Source of the DNA: Candidatus Korarchaeum cryptofilum OPF8 | Lineage (GTDB): Archaea; Korarchaeota; Korarchaeia; Korarchaeales; Korarchaeaceae | Assembly: GCF_000019605.1 (NCBI RefSeq) | Contig: NC_010482.1 | Span: forward strand, 1,500,001 to 1,532,000 | DNA length: 32,000 nt | Reading direction: 5' to 3' | Part shown: positions 16,800-22,890 of the stretch, one piece after another | How the letters are laid out: every line of letters begins with the position of its first letter | How positions within the stretch are numbered: position 1 is the stretch's first letter | Notes under the pieces: model-generated | Seen by the model: the letters and a program-made list of their open reading frames with translations, nothing else | Told to the model about the DNA's origin: nothing | Database searches by the model: none | Position numbers and translations under genes: made by a program

Positions 16800-17930
16800 A
16801 TGAAAGTCCTCGTGATCGGAGGGGGAGATGGAGGTACTATATTCGCTAATAGGCTGGCTAGAAGGGCCCCCAGGGATTTGGAGATAGAGGTAATAGATAA
16901 GTCGGATGTACACTACTACCAGCCCGGCTTCCTCTTCGTAGCAATAGGGGAGAGCAGTAGGGAGAGGATAAGCAAGAGCAGGAGCAAGATATATAGCAGG
17001 GGTGTGAAGTTCACGCGGGCTGAGGTTGAGAAGGTAGATCTGGATGATAGGAAGGTGAGGCTGAAGGGAGGGGAATTGAGGAGTTACGATTATTTAGTAA
17101 TTTCCACTGGCTCAGTAATGAATTACGATGACATTCCCGGGTTCATGGGTAATGTGGATCACTTCTGGACGTTAGAAGACGCTGAGAAGCTCCACAGAAA
17201 GGTGAAGGAATTCGAAGGGGGAAAGGTGGTAGTCGGGATAGGAGGCCTAACTTATAAGTGTCCCGTAGCCCCCCTTGAGATAGCTTTCCTCTTGGACGAT
17301 TACTTCAGGGCCAAGGGGATAAGGGAGAAGGTCGATATGAAGTTCATCTCCCCCCTGGAGAGACCATACGGCCCCAGGTTGCTCAATAGGGTGATAGTCG
17401 AGGAGATGAGGAGGAGGAATATAGAGCCAATCACCTTCTTCACTGTAGATAGGGTGGATGGCGAGAGCAGGAAAGTGATATCTATGGAGGGGGATTCCCT
17501 CGATTACGATCTCCTAGTGCTATCACCTCCCCATAGAGGCGCTGATCTGATCCTCAACTCCGGAATAGGGGATGATGAAGGCTGGATACCCGTGGATAAG
17601 CACTACCTGAATGTGAAGGGCTACGATGATGCCTTCGCGATAGGGGATGCTACTAACCTCCCGATCCCCAAGACCGGGGTCATAGCTCACTTCGAAGCTT
17701 CCACTGTGGCCGATAACATATACTATGAGATAAACGGGCTGGAGAGGAGGAGCCTCTTCGATGGGCAGAGCTTCTGCATAATAGAGATGGGGAGGGAGCT
17801 GGCATCGGCTCAGGTCTCCAACTACTATTATACGGAAGCTCCCGGGCTGATACCGACTAGAGTGCTCCATCTAGCTAAGTTGGCTATGAACACAATGTAC
17901 TGGACCTGCATATTAGGGGGCTATATATGA
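16800..17930 (+). CDS. FAD-dependent pyridine nucleotide-disulfide oxidoreductase, sulfide:quinone oxidoreductase (SQR)-family (376 aa)
   Basis: N-terminal dinucleotide fold KVLVIGGGDGG and second Rossmann VVVGIGGLTYKCPVAPLE. AIGDATN near the C-terminal third. Two candidate redox cysteines (YKCPVAP, QSFCIIEMG). Hydrophobic or amphipathic C-terminus. Confidence 0.78.
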   Translation: MKVLVIGGGDGGTIFANRLARRAPRDLEIEVIDKSDVHYYQPGFLFVAIGESSRERISKSRSKIYSRGVKFTRAEVEKVDLDDRKVRLKGGELRSYDYLVISTGSVMNYDDIPGFMGNVDHFWTLEDAEKLHRKVKEFEGGKVVVGIGGLTYKCPVAPLEIAFLLDDYFRAKGIREKVDMKFISPLERPYGPRLLNRVIVEEMRRRNIEPITFFTVDRVDGESRKVISMEGDSLDYDLLVLSPPHRGADLILNSGIGDDEGWIPVDKHYLNVKGYDDAFAIGDATNLPIPKTGVIAHFEASTVADNIYYEINGLERRSLFDGQSFCIIEMGRELASAQVSNYYYTEAPGLIPTRVLHLAKLAMNTMYWTCILGGYI

Positions 17931-17940
17931 GGTGATCCCG

Positions 17941-18360
17941 ATGAGCGGGAAGTTGGAGGAGATATTTTCAGATGAGAAGAATGTTGAGAAGTTCAAGCAG
18001 TTCATTGAGAAGTTAGATAACCTAAATTACATTCTGGACAGGCTGGAGCTCTTCCTGGGCTCAGGGATGATCGATGAGCTGCTCGGGATGCTCTTCTCCC
18101 TCATGGCCCTAGAGAGGGCTTTCATGAAGGAGGAGATGATAGAGGAACTATCTGAGCTCTCCGCTAGGCTCACTTTCCTGATCTCACCTAAATGCATGTC
18201 AGAACTGAGGGAGGCCTTCGACAGCAAGGAGAGCTTGGGTCTAATAGGCTTAATGAGGAAGATGAGGGATCCTGACGTCCAGAGGGGGCTAGCTATAGTA
18301 ATGGATATCCTCAAGGTGATTGGGAAGTGCAACAAGGAGTGCCAGTCCAGGAGGGAATAA
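17941..18360 (+). CDS. DUF1641-like helical protein, partner of the SQR-family flavoprotein
   Basis: The C-terminal region GLIGLMRKMRDPDVQRGLAIVMDILKVIGK resembles the DUF1641 core. DUF1641 genes typically follow SQR/NDH-II-like genes. ATG 17941 sits 5 nt after GGTGATCCC. The protein ends in CNKEC. Confidence 0.6.
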   Translation: MSGKLEEIFSDEKNVEKFKQFIEKLDNLNYILDRLELFLGSGMIDELLGMLFSLMALERAFMKEEMIEELSELSARLTFLISPKCMSELREAFDSKESLGLIGLMRKMRDPDVQRGLAIVMDILKVIGKCNKECQSRRE

Positions 18361-18365
18361 AAAAT

Positions 18366-18833
18366 TCAGATGAAGAGGACTATGGCATCCTCGGATGCCA
18401 TCTCCAGGAAAGCTGTGGCTCCGACTATATCATCGACTTCATCTATCAACTGCTCCCTCTTCAGTCCCATCAGCTCGACTGTATTCGAGCAGGCGTAGAA
18501 CTTAACCCCTAGCTCCTTGCACTCCTTTATCATATCCCTTATTGACGCCATTTTTATACCCTCTATCCTCTTCTTCATCATGCTAGTCGCCAGTGAAGTC
18601 ATCCCCGGGAGGATTCCGAGTATATTGGGCATCCCCAAAGCCGGATTCCCCACTGGAGATATCTTCAGCTTATCCACGGTATCCTTCCTTATTATGTTTA
18701 GCCCCCAGAAGGTGAAGAAGACGCCCACCTCGAGCCCCATAGCAGCGCCCACTTGAGCCAATATAAGGGGGGGATACGCCATATCTAAGGTTCCCTTGCT
18801 CGCTATTATGAGCAACTTCTTGGCCTTACCCAT
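18366..18833 (-). CDS. DsrE/DsrF-like sulfur-relay family protein (COG2210 / DsrE3-like, 155 aa)
   Basis: KKLLIIASKGTLDMAYPPLILAQVGAAMGLEVGVFFTFWGLN...FYACSNTVELMGL...DDIVGATAFLEMA follows the typical DrsE_2 pattern with a conserved Cys. The SD AGGTGATCCC directly precedes the ATG. Confidence 0.85.
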   Translation of the reverse strand: MGKAKKLLIIASKGTLDMAYPPLILAQVGAAMGLEVGVFFTFWGLNIIRKDTVDKLKISPVGNPALGMPNILGILPGMTSLATSMMKKRIEGIKMASIRDMIKECKELGVKFYACSNTVELMGLKREQLIDEVDDIVGATAFLEMASEDAIVLFI

Positions 18834-18893
18834 GGGATCACCTAACTTTCCTGAGGGCTCCCGCTAAAACCTTTGTAGAACGCATGTACGCAA

Positions 18894-18902
18894 CTTTAAT
18901 AA
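18894..18902 (+). promoter_or_regulatory. Candidate TATA box (CTTTAATAA) for aIF2-alpha
   Basis: Lies about 30-35 nt upstream of the GTG 18927 / ATG 18933 start, within the 93-nt divergent spacer shared with dsrE. Confidence 0.35.
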
Positions 18903-18932
18903 CTCCGGGTTCAGAAGCTCGGGGGTGTGAAG

Positions 18933-19733
18933 ATGAGCTCCTCACCTTTCCCGAAGAGGAACGATCTAGTGGTAGCTACTGTCAAGTCAGTTGAGGAGCA
19001 CGGAGTCACCGTGAGCCTCGATGAGTACGATGGGCTTGAAGCTTACATACCCAGGAGCCACGTGGCCTCTGGGAGGATAAAGGACATAAGGGATTTCGTT
19101 AAGGAGGGAGATAAAGTAGTTGGGAGGGTCATAAGGGCTGATAAGAAGCTAGGACAGGTCGACCTGAGCTTGAGGTATGTGAGCGAGACTGAGAGGAGGG
19201 AGAAGCTCGAGGAATGGAAGGAGAGGAATAGAGTCCTATCCATGCTCAAGTTAGCTGCCCAGAGGGCAGGTTATCAGGATGCCGATAGCGTCGCTAGGGA
19301 AGCTTACGAGAGGCTGCAAGCTTACTACAAGAACCCCCTGGATGCCCTCGAGGATGTGATATACGAGGGGCCGGAGCCCCTGATTAAAGCGGGTGTTGAT
19401 GAGAAGCTCGCTGAGGAGCTGAAAGCCATAGTAGAGGGGCAGTTGAAGCCACCTATATATGTGAAGGATCTCGTGGTCAAGGTAGTGAGTTACGCGAGCG
19501 ATGGGGTTGAGAGGGTCAGGAGGATACTGAGCAGGGGGCTGGAGGCATCATCCGGGGCTGATGTAGATATATACGCAGCCGGAGCCCCTAGATACGTGAT
19601 ATCCATAAGATCTAGGGATCCGAAGGTTGTTAAGAGGGCGGCCAGTAGCATAATTAAGGCCATGGAGAGGGAGGTAGGGGCCAGCGATCACCTCGAGCTA
19701 GTCGAGGAGAGGGAGAGGAGGAAGAGGACATGA
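18933..19733 (+). CDS. eif2a: Translation initiation factor aIF2 alpha subunit
   Basis: N-terminal S1 domain (PKRNDLVVATVKSVEEHGVTVSLDEYDGLEAYIPRSHVASGRIKDIRDFVKEGDKVVGRVIRAD) followed by helical and alpha-beta domains. ATG 18933 follows GGGGGTG; the ORF track starts at GTG 18927. Confidence 0.93.
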   Translation: MSSSPFPKRNDLVVATVKSVEEHGVTVSLDEYDGLEAYIPRSHVASGRIKDIRDFVKEGDKVVGRVIRADKKLGQVDLSLRYVSETERREKLEEWKERNRVLSMLKLAAQRAGYQDADSVAREAYERLQAYYKNPLDALEDVIYEGPEPLIKAGVDEKLAEELKAIVEGQLKPPIYVKDLVVKVVSYASDGVERVRRILSRGLEASSGADVDIYAAGAPRYVISIRSRDPKVVKRAASSIIKAMEREVGASDHLELVEERERRKRT

Positions 19734-19949
19734 GCCTCAAAATTATTAGACGTTTGTCGAAATATCGATGAGGCTGAGGAGTTAAAAGAGAGATCGATTT
19801 CAGTTGAGGAGGAACTATATTCAGGGATGCGATGAAAATCAGATTAATATAAATGTTTCAAGAATTTTTAAGTTGAATTTACCTCGTATTCGCATGAGGT
19901 AAGGCTTCATGGCCTATCTCATGGAGAGAATTCGGAATGGAGCTTTATG

Positions 19950-19991
19950 AACGTTCTGCAACGTTACGCAACCGTTTTACCGTAAACGCTT
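19950..19991 (+). promoter_or_regulatory. Helically phased AACGTT-type repeats immediately upstream of the S-layer promoter
   Basis: AACGTT at 19950-55, (GC)AACGTT at 19960-65 and (GC)AACCGTT at 19970-76, with exact 10-bp spacing. A degenerate AACGCT follows at 19985-90, abutting the TATA box. Confidence 0.4.
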
Positions 19992-19998
19992 TTATATT
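19990..19998 (+). promoter_or_regulatory. TATA box (TTTTATATT) of the S-layer gene
   Basis: Consensus-like archaeal TATA element. The predicted TSS is near 20020, about 25 nt before ATG 20046. Confidence 0.5.
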
Positions 19999-20017
19999 CC
20001 CCCTGGGGCTTAGACTC

Positions 20018-20034
20018 GCCCCCTCAAAGGGGGC
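20018..20034 (+). promoter_or_regulatory. GC-rich hairpin (GCCCCCT-CAA-AGGGGGC) at the predicted 5' end of the S-layer mRNA, just upstream of SD GGTGA
   Basis: Perfect 7-bp stem with a 3-nt loop, read directly. It is followed by AGGTGAacatcATG. Confidence 0.4.
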
Positions 20035-20045
20035 AGGTGAACATC

Positions 20046-22799
20046 ATGAGGAAGGCATATATGATGGCAGCGTTGTTGGTGCTGCTGGGAGCTAGCCTCC
20101 TGCCAGCCGCTGCCTACCCGATACACCTCTTCCCGCAGCCATTCGTCAAGGATGGAACTATAGACTACGACTTCGACGGCATGCCTGACGTAGCCATAAT
20201 ATTAGGTAGCAAGGCAGCTCCCGAGGACGTGCTAGGTGCCACTTTGATAGCTGCGAAGATGGGCTCGCACTTATACTACTCTAATGCATTATACGTGGAT
20301 GAGAAGGACGCAGCCAACCATGGCATAACGCTCTACCACGGTAGCTTCTCAGCCCAGGCCTATGGGCAACGCTACCAGGCCTTAGACTTAGTGGGAAGCT
20401 GGGAGGCCACGCACAGGTTCAAGGGATTCCTGTGGAGCTGGAACTGGGACACGACCCCCGACCCATTCAAGAGGATATATCCATTGTACGATGACTACGT
20501 CTTCGTCCCAGCTAGTGTGAAGAGCGCTAAGAACCCGACGCAGATAAGGTACAGCGTGGGCAGGATGTTCGATCCAGATGAGCTAAAGGAGTGGGTGGTA
20601 TTCGCCACCTCTACTGGATCGACTTACTACCCGCCCGCTTACAACGATGTGGAGAAGGCTACCTATGGTGTGCCTCTCACCTTAGACTGCCCAGGGACAT
20701 TCACATTCGGCGCTGATGCATTCGATAGTGTGAAGAACTTCGCAGCTGATTATAAAGGCACTATAACGTACACTTGGGCTCACGCCGGTTTCTACTTCAT
20801 ACACCCGCTCAACCCGATCGACATAGCCATAGGCACTAAGGTAGATCTGCCCTGGCTCGGTTACACGTTAGAGGCTAAGGAAGTCGAGGTCGATGGACTA
20901 AGCTACAGCGTCGGCTTCGTAGCCTACAAGCTCGGGACGACTACGCCGGTAGATTACTTCCACATAGAGAGCCAGAACGCAGGTACAAACGTGCCTCAGG
21001 ACAACGTACCTAGCAGCTATGAGTTCTTCCTCTACAGTATAACGCACCGCGATCTCTACATACTCGCTGACATAAATGGGGATGGTAAGATAGATAGCAA
21101 TGAGAGGCTCACGACCTACTTCGGCATAACTGTGAGGGACGTCGATGAGGCCCTCGACGTAGTTACGATGGACTTCTACTCACTGATATTAGCTCCTAAC
21201 ATCTACCCAGGCCACGGCTATTCAACTGCATCTGGAGATAGGGCATACGATTGGGATAACACAGTATGGTACTTCGGGTCAGATTACGGATGGCCTCACC
21301 CTGCTGGCAGTGACTACGCTCATGCAGCTAATTTAACGACGCCTTATGGAAGCATGAACGTCGATGTCATACTCGAGAAGAGCAACTACCCAGATCCAGC
21401 AGGACCCAGGGTGTTCGCTGGAGGTAACATGGGCTTGACATGGAGTATAACATATCCTGCTACCGCTACAATATTCCGCGATGCTAAGGGTTACATAGTC
21501 GACACATCCAAGGTATTCGCCCCGTGGGTCAACAAGCTAGCTGCCGATGAGAGCTTCCTCGGGATAAGCGGTTACTACAATGCATACACGGATGAGGATG
21601 AGTGGTACGTCGTGGTGAAGAGCGGTGTGCTCGGAGCTACGATCTTCGTGCAGGACGAGACAGGATGGTACAAGCCTCTCAACACCGATGGCAAGCTATT
21701 GGTCGGAGGCAAGGAGCTCTGGTTCACCAGTGTGAGCAGCGGAGTCGTAACTGCCTACCAGGAGTGCCCCGCTCTGCCGCCAACAGTCGGAGCTGAGTAC
21801 TGTGGTCCGACGTGCGGTCCAGCTTGGGGAATATACAACTTCACTCAGGGTGAGAGGACCTTAACGAAGATAGAGTGCAAGACATTCGTCGAGGACGATG
21901 AGCTATACGGCTACACTGCAAGTTATCCCGATACGTGCACCAAGACGATAGATCAGAGCAGCTATGCAACTTATGAGGATGATGACGTCACCACCGCTGT
22001 ATGGCACTGGCAGCTCAACTGGTTCTACCCGATAAACGCGACTGGCGTATTCGCTGGCATCTACGACAGGGTCGAGGACAGGAACAAGGATGGAGTGTTC
22101 ACTGGAGCCACTGAGCTAGTGCCAGTGACGACAGCTGAGGGCAAGACTGTGTTCGAGGACGTGACGCCAGCGGCCTACAAGGACCTGTACTTCAACTTCG
22201 CCAACCCTGAGGAGGTGTTCAGCTTCGTTAGGGCTCCTATAGCCTACATGGACAGCTGGATCTTCGATGGCAAGGCGTTAAGCGATGATGTGAAGAACAA
22301 GAAGCTCATACTCGTCGGTGGTCCTCTCGTCAACTCGCTCGTGAAGTACCTCAACGACACCGGAGCTCTCTACATCCTGTATAAGACCGATGGGAAGGTG
22401 ACGTGGCTCTACAACCCGCTCGCAGCTCCAGGTGAGAGGAACATAAACTTAACGTACGCTCTGAGCTTGATAGATCCGACGATAGATCCATCTTACGTCT
22501 ACAAGATAGAGGGCGGCAACGGTCTCGGAGTGATACAGTACGCTAAGAGCAACCCGTGGAACCCGGACAAGGAAATATTAGTGGTAGCTGGTACCGACAG
22601 GTTCGGGACGTTGAGCGCTTCGATAGCCTTAGCTGACCCGACGAAGCTGGCTAACATAACGATCTCAACGTACTACAACGCTGGAGTAGGCAAGGTAGCT
22701 CCCGCTGTGATAGTGATAGGTATAAGGCCGACCACAGTGCCAACGAAGGTAGTGATACAGCCCGTACTGGTTGTTCCAGTAGGGCTGCCCAGCAGCTAA
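20046..22799 (+). CDS. S-layer protein, Methanococcales/Thermococcales type (S_layer_N + S_layer_C-like), ~917 aa
   Basis: Signal peptide MRKAYMMAALLVLLGASLLPAAA. The N-terminus FVKDGTIDYDFDGMPDVAIILGSKAAPEDVLGATLIAAKMGS parallels the MJ-type S-layer N-domain. The C-terminus has KKLILVGGPLVNSLVKYL and EILVVAGTDRFGTLSASIALA. Several N-x-S/T sequons and distinct, highly-expressed-looking codon usage. The ORF opens at GTG 20037, but the SD spacing favours ATG 20046. Confidence 0.8.
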   Translation: MRKAYMMAALLVLLGASLLPAAAYPIHLFPQPFVKDGTIDYDFDGMPDVAIILGSKAAPEDVLGATLIAAKMGSHLYYSNALYVDEKDAANHGITLYHGSFSAQAYGQRYQALDLVGSWEATHRFKGFLWSWNWDTTPDPFKRIYPLYDDYVFVPASVKSAKNPTQIRYSVGRMFDPDELKEWVVFATSTGSTYYPPAYNDVEKATYGVPLTLDCPGTFTFGADAFDSVKNFAADYKGTITYTWAHAGFYFIHPLNPIDIAIGTKVDLPWLGYTLEAKEVEVDGLSYSVGFVAYKLGTTTPVDYFHIESQNAGTNVPQDNVPSSYEFFLYSITHRDLYILADINGDGKIDSNERLTTYFGITVRDVDEALDVVTMDFYSLILAPNIYPGHGYSTASGDRAYDWDNTVWYFGSDYGWPHPAGSDYAHAANLTTPYGSMNVDVILEKSNYPDPAGPRVFAGGNMGLTWSITYPATATIFRDAKGYIVDTSKVFAPWVNKLAADESFLGISGYYNAYTDEDEWYVVVKSGVLGATIFVQDETGWYKPLNTDGKLLVGGKELWFTSVSSGVVTAYQECPALPPTVGAEYCGPTCGPAWGIYNFTQGERTLTKIECKTFVEDDELYGYTASYPDTCTKTIDQSSYATYEDDDVTTAVWHWQLNWFYPINATGVFAGIYDRVEDRNKDGVFTGATELVPVTTAEGKTVFEDVTPAAYKDLYFNFANPEEVFSFVRAPIAYMDSWIFDGKALSDDVKNKKLILVGGPLVNSLVKYLNDTGALYILYKTDGKVTWLYNPLAAPGERNINLTYALSLIDPTIDPSYVYKIEGGNGLGVIQYAKSNPWNPDKEILVVAGTDRFGTLSASIALADPTKLANITISTYYNAGVGKVAPAVIVIGIRPTTVPTKVVIQPVLVVPVGLPSS

Positions 22800-22810
22800 A
22801 CCCCCCTCCC

Positions 22811-22819
22811 TTTTTTCTT
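22811..22819 (+). terminator. Oligo-T terminator (TTTTTTCTT) after the S-layer gene
   Basis: T6 run 12 nt after the stop codon, preceded by a C-rich tract. Confidence 0.45.
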
Positions 22820-22863
22820 AGTCATATGCCTTATCTAATTCCGTTCTCAGCCTTATTCTCTCC

Positions 22864-22870
22864 TTATATA
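22864..22870 (+). promoter_or_regulatory. TATA box (TTATATA) for the 793-aa surface protein gene
   Basis: Centred 24 nt upstream of ATG 22891, implying a leaderless transcript. Confidence 0.45.
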
Positions 22871-22890
22871 GTAGCTTCTCACAATCCCAT

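Noticed and set aside
19734-20036. Search for the expected nop10 gene (about 55-60 aa, Zn ribbon) downstream of eif2a.
   Set aside because: The longest ORFs on either strand in this 303-nt spacer are below 25 codons and lack Cys pairs. nop10 is not here, and the region is better explained as the S-layer promoter and leader.
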